Shown: positions 39,255 to 51,512 of the stretch, one piece after another
Layout of the letters: every line of letters starts with the position of its first letter
Position numbering within the stretch: position 1 is the stretch's first letter
Origin: Veleropilina oligotropha
Taxonomy: Eukaryota
Length of the DNA stretch: 64,000 bases
NCBI GenBank assembly: GCA_048128005.1
Contig: JBEUKZ010000099.1
Span: 62,001-126,000 of the forward strand
Direction: 5' to 3'
Program-made: the position numbers and the translations under genes
The notes under the pieces: generated by a model
Database searches by the model: none
What the model saw: the letters and a program-made list of their open reading frames with translations, nothing else
Told to the model about the DNA's origin: nothing

Positions 39255-39460
39255 ACAGTTTTCCTACATTACGAGATGAGAATGCCCACTGTTCTAAATT
39301 GGGAGTCCTGTGGATGAGAATGCTTGCTGCATGTTGACACTGGTTGCTCTGGTTACGTTTCTGAAACTTTTCATCATTCTTGCATCATTCCGCTCTCCAA
39401 ATATTTCGCTAGTCTTTACCAGACCATCACTGCCGATAAACGATCATCTGACGATAACTT
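39255..39460 (-). pseudogene. Decayed copy of FLYWCH exon V2 with the domain core deleted
   Basis: 39353-39382 ttacgtttctgaaacttttcatcattcttg resembles 52462-52491 ttaggtttctgatattttgcaatattcttg. Further collinear matches are tctccaaa..tcgc, catct..gacgataa and gatgagaatgctYgctg. Confidence 0.6.
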
Positions 39461-39529
39461 GATCATCGTGTAACTGCAATTAGACGATCCACACTTGACA
39501 TAACATATGCTGTGGGATGCGACGATATA

Positions 39530-40222
39530 AGCCCCGTTTACCCTACCAAATATAATCCGTTTGAAACCAGTTTATGTTAATCTATACTATAATCGTGGAG
39601 AGTTTGTCTGTGTGTGTGTGTCTCCTATAGGCTCCCAAACGGCTGAACCGATCTCCACCAAATTTGGCATGTGAACTAAGGGTACCAAGGCGGTGGTTAT
39701 GGCGCTTTCAATTTTTTTTTTGGGGGGGGGCGGGGGTGGTTTTTTGGGGGGGGGGAATTTTCATAGTTAGCACTCAGTGGAGATCTTTCGTGGAATGTTA
39801 GAGGCGTTAGAGATGAGAAATTAGGTTATTGATGAGGTGGGGAGACTCACCCGTCGAAGACGGGTACCCTGGCTAGTCTGCATTATATTTGGCGTGCGTG
39901 AACACAAATGAGTAGACTTGAACCGGTTTAATATGATCCACCGCCTGATGTGGTTTGAAACCTGCTTAAACATTTTAATCCAACTCATTTTGAACTTTGA
40001 ACCGATTTGCCTTGCTTGGAGTCGTATGTATATGCACATGCTGCTATCGATGCGTGCTTGCACACGTGACTTCGACCTGTTGATCGGACCTACGATAAGG
40101 TGATAACACCCACATAAGTAATCTGTACTTGCGTGTTAACACAAATTAAACCGGATTATTTTAAACCGGTTTGAAACTGGATTATTTTAATGCGCATTAT
40201 AATTGGTAGTGTAAATGGGGCT
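39530..40222. mobile_element. MITE (tentatively PIF/Harbinger-like) with a nested Helitron
   Basis: TIRs agccccgtttaccctaccaaatataat / attataattggtagtgtaaatggggct. Confidence 0.7.
39581..39876 (+). mobile_element. Non-autonomous Helitron
   Basis: A|TCTATACTATAAT start, hairpin acccgtcgaagacgggt, CTAG|T end. Confidence 0.85.
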
Positions 40223-40280
40223 ATATACTAAAATAGCCATTGTCTGTTCATCATATGAATGCCTTTGCCTATTGATGCAG

Positions 40281-40814
40281 CTAACAGTTGTCTCGTCCAG
40301 CACACCGTCTCTCGTGACGATCAGCGGCAGTTTTATACAGACAGCCCTTTCCGCATTTCGCACATTTATAAGGCCGGTGGTCTGCGTGATTGTTCATGTG
40401 ACCGATGTACGTGCTGGCCTGGCGGTACCCTCTTCCGCATTTGATGCAGTTAAATTTCGCCAAACCAAGAGGATCTGAGTGATGGTAATGTAGGTGCTGT
40501 GGTAGGCAGGAGTCGACGAGGAATGAGGCATCGCAGAGGGGACATTTAATGGTGCAATCTTCGGAATTTGAATGCAGCAGCAGTATATGCTCGACCAACG
40601 TGTTTTCATCCAACGAATCGAAATCACACTCCGGACATGGATGTTTACACGAAGACTTGACCTTTTGACTCATTGATGGGACAAAATGTTGTCCACGGCC
40701 ATTGCCATTCGACACAGATTTTCCAGCAGAGACCAACGCCACGTGCTCGCCCGTCAACTGATCAATTATTTCATATCTCGGGGTTACTTCTGTCGTAGTG
40801 AAGCTACCTGATAC
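40281..40814 (-). CDS. Variable terminal exon V5: 4 zinc fingers (3 C2H2 + C2HC), 177 aa
   Basis: Acceptor ttcttctttcAG at 40816-40815. Phase 0, VSGSFTTTEVTPRYEIIDQLTGEHVA...RHERRC. Confidence 0.9.
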   Translation of the reverse strand, partial: VSGSFTTTEVTPRYEIIDQLTGEHVALVSAGKSVSNGNGRGQHFVPSMSQKVKSSCKHPCPECDFDSLDENTLVEHILLLHSNSEDCTIKCPLCDASFLVDSCLPQHLHYHHSDPLGLAKFNCIKCGRGYRQASTYIGHMNNHADHRPYKCAKCGKGCLYKTAADRHERRCAGRDNC

Positions 40815-41701
40815 CTGAAAGAAGAATAGCCGTAACTCTTAAAAGCTGAAAGTCAATTGATCAAATATTGGGCGACAACAAAATACTCAAGAAAATCAAT
40901 AATATACATCACATGATCAAGCTTGAACAAAGCGTGGTTTTTATCAATTGGTGTCATCATCCTGTGGACAATTACCATATACATGTACCTGTTTGCTATT
41001 AATTATTAATTATCACACACATTAGTTAATTGTATAGTAGTGTGGCGTCGATGGCATTCTTTGTGCAGTTATCAATCGCATTTGTCCGTAACTGGCCTGG
41101 CGGGAGAGGGCGTGCTTCTTCCAGAAATAATATAGATATGTCCCGCCTTGAGCCAAAATATTATAAATACACAGGACGGCAGCAATCCAATAAGTGTGTA
41201 GTTATTATTATATCCTTCAGGATTGTGATTAATATATATGTTTTATAATGATAATTACTTTATTATTATTAAATTGTAAATGTGACCATTGTTTAAAATT
41301 CCTAGTGGTTTTATGGACCATTGGCTTTAAATTTGTATTTCTAGTGCTGTAAAATACTTATTAGACAATCCAACAGACAGGTAAGTATGACAAACCATAG
41401 ACGTCACATGTATCCATGCAATTACTAGATTTAGGAGCCCACTTCAGGAGCAGTTCTGGTTGAATTTGTAACACATACCATTTGCTTTGGAAAATAATTA
41501 TGCAAGGTAATGGTAACCAATGTCCATATGAACAAATGCCTATTAATTATCATGTGGGCAGCACAGCTATCGGAGTGGTTTTGAGTGTAAAACTCTGATT
41601 TCAATGGCTTAATTATCTGCTCTGTCTAAAAGTAAAAGGAATGTGCAAGAACCTCGTTCGGGGCAACGGCATATTTTGCTCATACACCAGTCACAGTTGT
41701 C

Positions 41702-42652
41702 TATAGACGATTTCACTCCGAGTTCCCCCGAACACCCACGGAAATACACGGTTGTTCGCCGATATGCCGAACGTATCGACCAATCAGCGGCTGGTAGTCA
41801 AACAACATGGCGGCTCCCAGGTAGTTATGCCGTCAACCTGTCTTGTTAAAGGGTGCAGAAGCCGTCAAATACAGGGCGGACAAATTCGATTTTTTAGACT
41901 GCCTTGGAGAAATGAAGTTTTATTAAGGGAATGGCTGGTATGAGCGGGGTTTTCAAGAAAGGAACTGAGGCGGGCAAATTTCGGCAAATTTATGCTCAAT
42001 GCATTTTGACGGTGATTCCAGTCCGACGGCGGGTTCCATGCCTTCACTGAACATAGCTGGTTAGTATTTTGATAAATATTTATTGTTCGCCTTTTTGTAT
42101 TTCAAGTTAATCGAAGTTGGTTCCATTGTTTATGTCATAAGCTTCTTTAAGGTCTAAAAATTCATTTGAATTCGACAGAATCAAAGATGCAGACGATAAT
42201 AATAATAATAATAATACTCCGGTCTTATATAGCGCATTATTACGCTAGTGTCTCAATGCGCTGAACATTATTACCCCTGGTTATTGGCCTCTCACACTCG
42301 ATATGCCATCTCAACTCCCTCTGGGAGCATTACAGTCATTTACACGCGGGTAGCGCCGTGACTTACATAACTGCCAACCAGGTACCCATTCAGATCGGAT
42401 GGGTGGACCGAGGCAAATATATGCTTATTTCCTTGCCCAAGTGAAATCGCCGAGCCTTGGGGGCGAACTCGAGACTCTGTGACCCGAGTCCTGTGAACAA
42501 CCCACTGAGCCACGACGGCACATCGATGTCGCGGCCGCCATTGTTTGACTACCAGGCTCATATTGGCCCAGCAGTCACATGACTTGGCGCCATGTGACTA
42601 AAATCCCGAGCGGTTTCCGAATATTGCCGAATGTCTGGTGAAATCGTCCATA
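41702..42652 (+). mobile_element. Non-autonomous DNA transposon with THAP-domain remnant (P- or Kolobok-type, unresolved)
   Basis: TIRs tatagacgatttcac / gtgaaatcgtccata. 41827-42010 reads MPSTCLVKGC...IRFFRLP...REWLV*...LCSMHF (THAP C2CH, with a stop and a frameshift). The empty paralogous site cagtcacagttgtccataactgg is at ~45116. Confidence 0.75.
42196..42522 (-). mobile_element. tRNA-derived SINE family C (Nin/Deu-like core, L2-like (TAT)n tail)
   Basis: Near-identical reverse complement of 45818-46133. Core tgcctcggtccacccaNccgatctgaatgggtacc, tail gcgctatataaga...tattattatt. Confidence 0.8.
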
Positions 42653-43519
42653 ACTGACCGCATCTGGCGATAACTGACCACATGCTTTCCTGGGTAACCA
42701 AGCTTTCCAGGGCTATTAGCAGTCATATCTGCTCATAACTGGCTGGTTTTCCCTCTGAACAACTGGGAATTCCTGAATTTGCAACTGGGCAGTCATGGAC
42801 TTGACCTTCGCGTTAGGGGCGTGGCATTACATTGTCGGCTTTTCAAGTTTGCCAGTCAAATTTGATGGTGATAATTACAATAACAACAAAAAGCACACCA
42901 CGTAATTGGATTACTGTTGTTTTAACCATTTGTCAGCTAATCATACCATGACGTTTCGATGTGGTATGGTAAATTTCCAAATTAGAAATGAGCCAGCCAC
43001 ACGCTGTCGCCGTTTATAGTCGCTGTCAGGCCCTTTAAGCATGGATCCTAATTAACCTAATGAATATATGTGTGCAATACGGCAAGACTCACCAACTAAT
43101 ATTACTTCAAACAAAACTGACAAGCATAAGTATTTTATGGTACACTAGTTTGATATTTATAATACCGGTAGTCCTGTTTTAATGTGTAACATGTATTTAT
43201 ACAATCAATGAAAATGCTGATTCAAGTTCACAAGAGCACTGTTACATATATTATGTCTACTCAACTGCTTGTAGTCTTATCGTAATACAGCACTACCCTA
43301 CCTTTATTACAGAAATTAGGAAAATATATCCATTGAGAAACAGTTCTAGCTGGATGCAATCACTTGCAAATATCTCCCAAAGATTTGGGTAAAATGTCTA
43401 TAGGATACCCCATAACTTGGAGTTTTGCTGTTCATTCAATGAATACGTAAGAGCTTAGGCAATCTGGTATTTATTATCGCAATATCCGCTTAATCGACAT
43501 TTTATGCTTGCTGGCTTTC

Positions 43520-43680
43520 TTAGATAACGTGTCTGGTAGTTGAGATTTCTCCCTATATTTCTCAAATCACGAGTCTGCTAGTTGAGATTTCTCCCTATAT
43601 TTCTCAAATCACGTGTCTGGTAGTTGAGATTTCTCCCTATATTTCTCACATCAGGAGTCAGGCAGATAAGAATGCTTATA
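43520..43680. repeat. 42-bp minisatellite downstream of V4 (3-4 copies)
   Basis: Unit atcacgagtctggtagttgagatttctccctatatttctcaa. Confidence 0.85.
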
Positions 43681-43792
43681 CCAGTAATTTAATATATATA
43701 TACCTCTGCTGCACATCTTTATTATCGCGCTGCCGATCTCTAGATTGAGATTAAAATAGCGGTAACCATATCTACTTGTCGTATGAATAATC

Positions 43793-44335
43793 TTAGCGTT
43801 TCAGTGCACCGGTACCCAATTCTGACCTCGCGCATTGCGAACTTCTCTCGTGACGATCAGAGGTTGTTTTATATGGATAACCCTTTCCGCACTTTGCGCA
43901 CCGATACGGTCTTTGCTTGGCGTGGTTATTCATGTGACCTATGTATTGGCTCGCCTGGCGATATCCTTTACCACAGACAATGCAGTTGAATTTGGGCACA
44001 CCGAGGGAATCCGAATGATATTTGACATGCATGGGAATACACTCGTAGTACAGAAACGAGGCATCACAAAGACGGCATTTACTGGCACAATGTTGTGTAT
44101 CTGAATGCAGTGATAATATATGATCGGCCAATGCATTTTCATCCACAGAAACGAAGTCGCACATGGGACACGGATGCTTGCCGTTAATCATGATCTTCTG
44201 ACCAATCGATGGGAACAAATCCTGTCCATGGCTGTAGCCATGTGACGCGGAGACCAATGCCACGTGTTTTCCAGTCGATTGATCAATTATTTCATAAGTC
44301 TGCTTTCCTTCTGTTGTGGTGAAGCTATCTGATAT
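43793..44335 (-). CDS. Variable terminal exon V4: 4 zinc fingers (last H-x5-C), 180 aa
   Basis: Acceptor tttctcctttcAG at 44337-44336. Phase 0, ISDSFTTTEGKQTYEIIDQSTGKHVA... Close paralog of V3. Confidence 0.9.
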   Translation of the reverse strand: MSDSFTTTEGKQTYEIIDQSTGKHVALVSASHGYSHGQDLFPSIGQKIMINGKHPCPMCDFVSVDENALADHILSLHSDTQHCASKCRLCDASFLYYECIPMHVKYHSDSLGVPKFNCIVCGKGYRQASQYIGHMNNHAKQRPYRCAKCGKGYPYKTTSDRHERSSQCARSELGTGALKR

Positions 44336-44399
44336 CTGAAAGGAGAAATATCCGGAACTCTTATTGCTGAAAGTCAATGGATCAAATATTGCTCGGAAA

Positions 44400-44481
44400 A
44401 CCAAAGACCTCGGATAACCAAAGACCTCGGATAACCAAAGACCTCGGATAACCAAAGACCTCGGATAACCAAAGACCTCGA
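44400..44481. repeat. 17-bp tandem repeat (ccaaagacctcggataa), ~4.6 copies
   Basis: Directly visible. The paralogous position before V3 (~47960) has a single partial unit. Confidence 0.92.
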
Positions 44482-45705
44482 CAGGTGTTTGCAAAAGCAA
44501 TTTAAATTGCAGGTATGCATGCTGCATTGAATAGTGAAGATAATTAATAATATAAATCGATATTGCTGTTGTTCATAATAACAGTAATGCCTCCCCCACT
44601 TGAATATATATATATATTTTGTATTTTTTGTATTTTTTCCACGATTGGTGATTTATTCCAATATTAGCAAATATGACGTAAGCTTAAATGACAAGACATT
44701 ATTAGATCTATATGACAAGACATTATTAGATCTAAATCAGCATTTTGTTGCCTATCAAAACACTGAAAGACAATAGAGATCTAATAAAATATGTTGCATA
44801 TGAATAATATTTGTAAGAGAAGTTGGAATGCCTATATTATGCAATGTGATCTTGAAACCATGAACAATTTATTCCATAATGTCTAGGTATGACAAAGCTT
44901 CAATCCAAATAAAACCAAAGAAATGACCTTGGTCGGGAACTTTGTTGAATAGCGTTGTCCACGATTCCATTATAAACTTTTAAATAAATTTCACACCGAC
45001 AGAATCAGACAAATATTCATGGTCAAGTACATTTGAGTCTGTCATGATTTTCCTGTATTGACCATCGGTCAAGACATGAAAAAGGTGTGAGAATAATTAC
45101 TAACAGCAATATATGCAGTCACAGTTGTCCATAACTGGCCGGTGATGGCTCAGCTTTTTCCGCCCGAACAACTGGGCTTTTCTCCCATTATAATATGGAA
45201 AATGTGTGCTATGTATATAGGCATCAAGTATTGATTCAAATTACCCTAATGAAAATATGTGTAATATAGTTCTAATATTAATTACAAACAAAACTGGAAG
45301 ACAGTATTTCTATTAAAGTATTTAATGGTACACTAGTTTGAAATGTATAATCGTACGCTGTTTTAATGCATAGCATGCATTTACACAAAACTTGTGTGCC
45401 GCTAGATAGCATGCAGTTTGATTATAATCGATTTTACCTTCAACTATCAACTGTTTACAAATTCAGACAATGATATTGATAATGCCGACTCCAGTTCACA
45501 TTTAGGGCGCTGTTACATACAATGTTTCTGCTCAACTACTTGGAGTCTTATTATTACAGCACTACCCTAGATTAAAATTGGTGCCTTTATTACAGAAAAT
45601 ATATACATGTACATGAATCCATTGAGAAACAGTTCTAGATGGACACGATCACTTGCAAATATCTGCCAAAGATTTCTGTTCGTTTCATGTCATCGTAAAT
45701 ATGCA

Positions 45706-45706
<1 letters not shown>

Positions 45707-45779
<73 letters not shown>
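45707..45779. repeat. (TA)n microsatellite
   Basis: About 35 TA units. Confidence 0.96.
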
Positions 45780-45783
<4 letters not shown>

Positions 45784-45817
45784 GTTAGATCAATCAACAC
45801 AGTGTTACATATTTGAC

Positions 45818-46133
45818 TGTGCCGTCGTGGCTCAGTGGGTTGTTCACAGGACTCTGGTCACAGAGTCTCGCGTTCGCCCCCAGAGCTCGGCGATTTCACT
45901 TGGGCAAGGAAATAAGCATATATTTGCCTCGGTCCACCCAGCCGATCTGAATGGGTACCTGGTTGGCAGTTATGTAAGTCACGGCGCTACCCGCGTGTAA
46001 ATGACTGCAATGCTCCCAGAGGGAGTTGAGATGGCATATAGAGTGAAACAGGCCCATAACCAGGGGTAATAATGTTCAGCGCATTGAGACACTAGCGTAA
46101 TAAAGCGCTATATAAGACCGGAGTATTATTATT
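45818..46133 (+). mobile_element. SINE family C copy
   Basis: Head gtgccgtcgtggctcagtgg...gcgttcgccccc; inverted partner of 42196-42522. Confidence 0.8.
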
Positions 46134-46384
46134 TCAATTCTGTCTCTGTACTTCTTTACAAATATAACAAGAAGACAGAAGTGATGACATATTAGCTGTT
46201 TGAGTAAAGTATAAATTGCACTCCGATTGTTCAGCGAGCCATCTTGAATTTTTGTACATTATAGGATACCCCATAACGTGGAGTTTTGCTGTTCATTCAA
46301 TGAATATGTACGAGATTAGGCAATCTGGTATTTATTATCGCAATATCCGCTTAATAGACATTTTCTGAATGCTTGTTGGCTTTC

Positions 46385-47210
46385 TCAGATCACGTGTCTG
46401 GTAGTTGAGAATTCTCAATATATTTCCCAAATCACGAGTCTGGTAGTTCTCCCTATATTTCCCAAATCACGAGTCTCTGGTAGTTGAGATTTCTCCATAT
46501 ATTTCCCATATCATGAGTCTCTGGTAGTTGAGATTTCTCCATATATTTCCCATATCACGAGTCTCTGGTAGCTGAGATTTCTCCATATATTTCCCATATC
46601 ATGAGTCTTTGGTAGTTGAGATTTCTCCCTGTATTTCCCATATCACGTGTCTGGTAGTTGAGAATTCTCCCTATATTTCCCAAATCACGAGTCTGGTAGT
46701 TGAGAAATCTTCCTATATTTCCCAAATCACGAGTCTGGTATTTGAGAATTCTCCGTACATTTCCCAAATCACGAGTCTGGTAGTTGAGAATTATCCCTAT
46801 ATTTCCCAAATCACGAGCCTGGTAGTTGAGAATTTTTCGTCTACCGTATTTATTCCATATATCGCACCCCTTCCAAACTTGTCTCTGAAACATGGGGGAA
46901 AGTTGTTTGCATCGTAACCACTGATGAGTTGGCCTACTATACACATTCGCCGGTAGCTGGAGGATTGGAAATTGAATACTATATTCGATTTACTGGTGTA
47001 AAACTATTGGTGGACAGACTTAAATGTCTATTTCAAGAAAAGTAGTAAGAAATTATAACATAATATTATGGCCCTATTTATGGCGCCCCCCTTCAAAATA
47101 AGTTATGCGCCCGGCGCGACATATGGAATAAATACGGTATTTCCCAAATTACGAGTCTGGTAGTTGGGAATTCTCCCTATATTTCCCAGATTAGGAGTCG
47201 GGTAGATATG
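46385..47210. repeat. 42-bp minisatellite downstream of V3 (~13 copies), interrupted by a MITE
   Basis: Unit atcacgagtctggtagttgagaattctccctatatttcccaa. Confidence 0.9.
46844..47137. mobile_element. Tc1/mariner-superfamily (pogo/Tc2-like) MITE
   Basis: TA|ccgtatttattccatatatcgc ... gcgacatatggaataaatacgg|TA. Confidence 0.82.
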
Positions 47211-47343
47211 CTTTTACCATTAATTTAACATATTATACTCCTCTGCTGCACATGCTTTCTTATTGCGTTTCCGATCTCTCGAGGACAGATATAAATGGAG
47301 ATTAAAATAGCGGTAACCATATCTACTCGTCGTATGAATACTA

Positions 47344-47898
47344 TTAGCATTTCAGTGCACCGTTACCCAATTCTGACCTCGCGCATTGCGAACTTCTCTC
47401 GTGATGATCAGCGGTTGTTTTATATGGATAACTCTTTCCACACTTTGCGCACCGATATGGTCTTTGCTTTGCGTGGTTATTCATGTGTCCTATGTATTGA
47501 CTCGCCTGGCGATAGCCTTTACCACAGACGATGCAGTTGAATTTGGGCATACCGAGGGAATCCGAATGATACTTTATATGTTGGGGAAGACACTCATCCA
47601 TCAGAAAAGAAGCATCGCATAGGTGGCATTTGCTGGCACAATGACGTGAATCTGAATGCATCAATAACATGTGCTCGGCCAATATGTTTTCATCCACGGA
47701 AACGAAGTTACACTTTGGACACGGATGCTTGACACGAAGCATGGTCCTATGATCATATGAAGGGATAAAATGCGGTTCACGGCTGTCGTCATGAGACGCG
47801 GATTCTGAAGCGGTGACCACTGCCATTGCAATGCCCGTCGACTGATCAATTATTTCATATCTCACGGTTTCTTCTGCCATGGTGAAGCTATCTGACAT
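47344..47898 (-). CDS. Variable terminal exon V3: 4 zinc fingers (last H-x5-C), 184 aa
   Basis: Acceptor tttcttctttcAG at 47900-47899. Phase 0, MSDSFTMAEETVRYEIIDQSTGIAMA... Confidence 0.9.
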   Translation of the reverse strand: MSDSFTMAEETVRYEIIDQSTGIAMAVVTASESASHDDSREPHFIPSYDHRTMLRVKHPCPKCNFVSVDENILAEHMLLMHSDSRHCASKCHLCDASFLMDECLPQHIKYHSDSLGMPKFNCIVCGKGYRQASQYIGHMNNHAKQRPYRCAKCGKSYPYKTTADHHERSSQCARSELGNGALKC

Positions 47899-49026
47899 CT
47901 GAAAGAAGAAATAGCTGTAACTCTTAAAGCTGAAGGTCAAGTGATCAAATATTGTGCGACAACAAAAGACCTCTACAGTTGTTTTTAAACAATTTAAATT
48001 GCGGATATGCAAGCTGCATTGAATAGTAAAGAAAATCGATATTGCTATAAAAATTTGTTCACAATAACAGTAATGTCTCCCCCACTTGAAATGTATAATA
48101 GTACCAGATATTGTATTTTTAGCAACCAGTCTGCAAAAATATGGGCATGATTGTCCAATATGAGGGTTAGTATTTGTCACGAAACCAAATCGTAATCAAA
48201 ATTCTAATTTTAGTAAAAGATCACATGACCTTTGATCGACAGATGCAAAAAGCAATCCAAACTTGTCTCTCCTGATAAGCAGTCTGTGTACAAAATATGA
48301 GCATGATCGCTTGACAGACAGACAGCACAAAAACAATGTCTCCCTACAGGGTAGGTGGGAACATTATTAAATACTAAATAGACAAACAATGGACAGGATG
48401 TTCTTCACATGCAACTAGTAAAATCCTCGACGGGATGTATCCCCTCTCTTGGCCGCTATCTTGAATCCTTTCAATGGAGTTGTTACCTATTCATATCTTC
48501 GCAAAGGCGAAACGGGGACACCGTCTGGGGATACAATTTTACTAGATTTAGGAGCCGCTTTTGGGGCATTCCTATTGCGCTGCGAATTGACAATATATTA
48601 CTTGTGCATATCATATATTATCAATATTAAGACCGATTTCTATAGAGACAAATTGTATCAAAAACCAACCAAAACAAGCAATAGGATATATTCAATTACT
48701 TTTCTGAATGTATGTAAGGGACATTGTCTTACTTTCAGACCTCAGGGTCCTAATATAACCTGTGTAAATTGTGAATACGAGTATGGTTCCCAAATCGACA
48801 GTGCTACAATTAATAGGAGTGAGTTCGAATCCTCGCTGGAGCACTTGGCCTGTTGACCCCAAACGCATTCCCTCATAAACAACCCGCCTGTCAAATATGG
48901 CATTTATCCCCTACTCATTTGATGTTTCGCAAGTTAAAATGCAGCATAACATATTCTAATTATTAGATAATCGCTTCAGTCATACACATAATTTTAACGA
49001 GAACGGTTGCGTTAGAAGCTATTGAA

Positions 49027-49553
49027 TATAAGTCGTGGAGGTTTCCCCCAGTAGATATTTAAGTCGTGGTTTCCCCCAGTCGATATTTAAGTCGTGGAGG
49101 TTTCCCCCAGTAGATATTTAAGTCGTGGAGGTTTCCCACAGTAGATATTTAATTCGTGGAGGTTTCCCCCAGTAGATATTTAAGTCGTGGAGGTTTCCCC
49201 CAGTAGATATTTAAGTCGTGGAGGTTTCCCCCAGTAGATATTTAAGTCGTGGAGGTTTCGCCCAGTAGATATTTAAGTCGTGGCGGTTTCCCCCAGTAGA
49301 TATTTAAGTCGTGGGGGTTTCCCCCAGTAGATATTTAAGTCGTGGGGGTTTCCCCCAGTAGATATTTAAGTCGTGGAGGTTTCCCCCAGTAGATATTTAA
49401 GTCGTGGAGGTTTCCCCCAGTAGATATTTAAGTCGTGGAGGTTTCCCCCAGTAGATATTTAAGTCGTGGGGGTTTCCCCCAGTAGATATGTAAGTCGTGG
49501 GGGTTTCCCCCAGTAGATATTTAAGTCGTGGGGGTTTCCCCCAGTAGATATTT
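49027..49553. repeat. 31-bp minisatellite (atttaagtcgtggaggtttcccccagtagat), ~17 copies
   Basis: Near-perfect tandem copies with no spacers. Confidence 0.95.
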
Positions 49554-50299
49554 TTTAATGTTACAATATCATAATCATAGTGATATATGTATCGAATAAT
49601 TGTAAAATACGGCACATGCCATTAGTTGAAACTATTATGTTCAGTAAATGTATCGGTTTCGTAAAAATATATATATATCGATATGGTCGAAACTTCTTGA
49701 AGCCGACGTAACTGCACACCGTGAATAAAAAGCGTACGCTTTTAATTCAATATCGACGTTTTAAACATTTATCACCTTATCTCGTATTTAATTTCTGAAT
49801 ATGATAATCTCTAAACCAGCATAACTTTATGCAAATAATATATACAAAACGAGTTAGATTAATTGGCGTTACATCCTACTTTACGGAACGGAAGTGGAAT
49901 CATCATCTTTAACTCTTTACCTGCTGTGTGTTCAGTAACTCAATGAGAATTGGACAGGATTTCCTGCCACCAGAGGCCAAAGAATTAAGCATTGATCCAG
50001 ACCAAACATAATGAATCTCGTCAGTTCGGCATTTTGTGCAATAATGCTGTTCACATTTCAGTATGTTATAAAAAGACTGTGTTTGGGTATAAAACGACAA
50101 ACTATTAATTAATGGTAAAATACATTGGAATCAGACATATATTGTCCTTCGTGCATCTGGGCATCATAGTAAGGTGTGACAGCAATGGTGAACATCGCTA
50201 TCAACAGTCATGGTTGCCAACAATTTACCGGTGACTGTGTGCAGCATTTCCTGCATAGAATCCTTCAGCAATAACATGGACAAGTATTAGGTATTACAA

Positions 50300-50798
50300 C
50301 AGGGTTCGTACAGACAAGACTTGATGAAATTCACGCACTTTTCCAGTACTTTTCAAGTACAAAATTTGAATTTTCAAGTACACAGAAAAATAAAATTTAG
50401 CTAGCATACAGCGACGATACGTACCATATATGATATAGAGGATCGCCGGTGCCATTAATTCGCACTATATAGTTTAACGTAGTATATTCAGGCACCGGGG
50501 ACAGACAACATTCCGCAATTACTCCTGTCCATCAGACCGACTTTCGTTCATTCACTACGGAGTTACTTCCCTTCGCGCATTTACCGTAAATATTCTGAAC
50601 TTTGAGCGTAGTTTTAGCTTTAGTTTTAATTTTTTCCCCCTTTAAATTCAAGTACTTTTAAAGCACGACTCTGGATTTTTAAGTACTTTTTAAGTACCAA
50701 AATGAAATTCCAGCACTTCTCATGCATATTTGCAAGAATTAAGTACTTTTCATTTTTTCTTCAGAATTCAAGTACTTTTCAAATCTGTGCGAACCCTG
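50300..50798. mobile_element. hAT-like MITE with 5-bp TSD (hAT5-like)
   Basis: TACAA|cagggttcgtacaga ... tctgtgcgaaccctg|TACAA, with many subterminal aagtactttt repeats. Confidence 0.72.
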
Positions 50799-51319
50799 TA
50801 CAATGAGATATGTTACAATGAGATATGAAGCGTTTATCAAATTCAAGTCAAATCTAGTGAATCTATACGCCAAGTCTCAATATCATGAGTTTCAAAACAA
50901 TCTGAAAAAGCAGGATTTTTAAAAGCATTTTATGGTAAACTATTTCAAACTTTATATAATAGTATATTGTTGTATTTAATATGTGGGGTATATACAAAAC
51001 TTGGGTTCCAGTAATCTATTTGATCTGTATCTATTGTTTATGCATTCAGACATTGAGAATGTAGACTCGTGTTCACAATGTCAGATCCGTCACATACAAC
51101 TTCGTGCCATTTGAGATCGAGTTATTATTACACCAAATCGCTGTCTTTTCTAACAGAAAGTATATATCCATTTTTACTTAGTCAGTTAAGATCGCTCGAA
51201 ATCTTATTTCAATATCTGCCAAATATAGTCTGTTCTTTCTCGTCATCTTGAATGTGCATATGGTACATTAATCAACGCAATGACATTTCCGGGTCAGAAT
51301 TCTTAAAGCATGATGATGA

Positions 51320-51512
51320 ATTGCTGTTTAACAACCACGCCAACAGTATTTCAGTTATAAATCGGGTCAATCAACTTTGAATGATGAAATGAAGTGGTTC
51401 TGTATGCAATAGGGCAGCGATCATTGAGAAAATCCCCGACACTCCCGGGGCTTGAACCCTTGACCTCCCGTTAGTAGATTAGCACTGTATCCACTCGGCC
51501 ATGCTGCCCCCT
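51320..51512 (-). mobile_element. tRNA-derived SINE family D
   Basis: Minus-strand head ggggcagcatggccgagtgg...gggttcaagccccggg (box A/B-like), with no clean tRNA acceptor stem. Confidence 0.55.

Noticed and set aside
44336..44527. N-terminal extension of the ORF 43793..44527 (likewise 47899-48180 and 52620-52664)
   Set aside because: These lie upstream of the conserved TTTCAG acceptor, include a 17-bp repeat or TE sequence, and are not conserved as protein among paralogs. They are read-through into intron.
49027..49553. 31-bp repeat resembling a CRISPR direct repeat (gtttccccc)
   Set aside because: No spacers; it is a plain minisatellite.
49900..50290. Possible additional exon or transposase fragment between V2 and V3
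   Set aside because: The frames I read had stops, and I found no finger motif or convincing phase-0 acceptor with an open frame.
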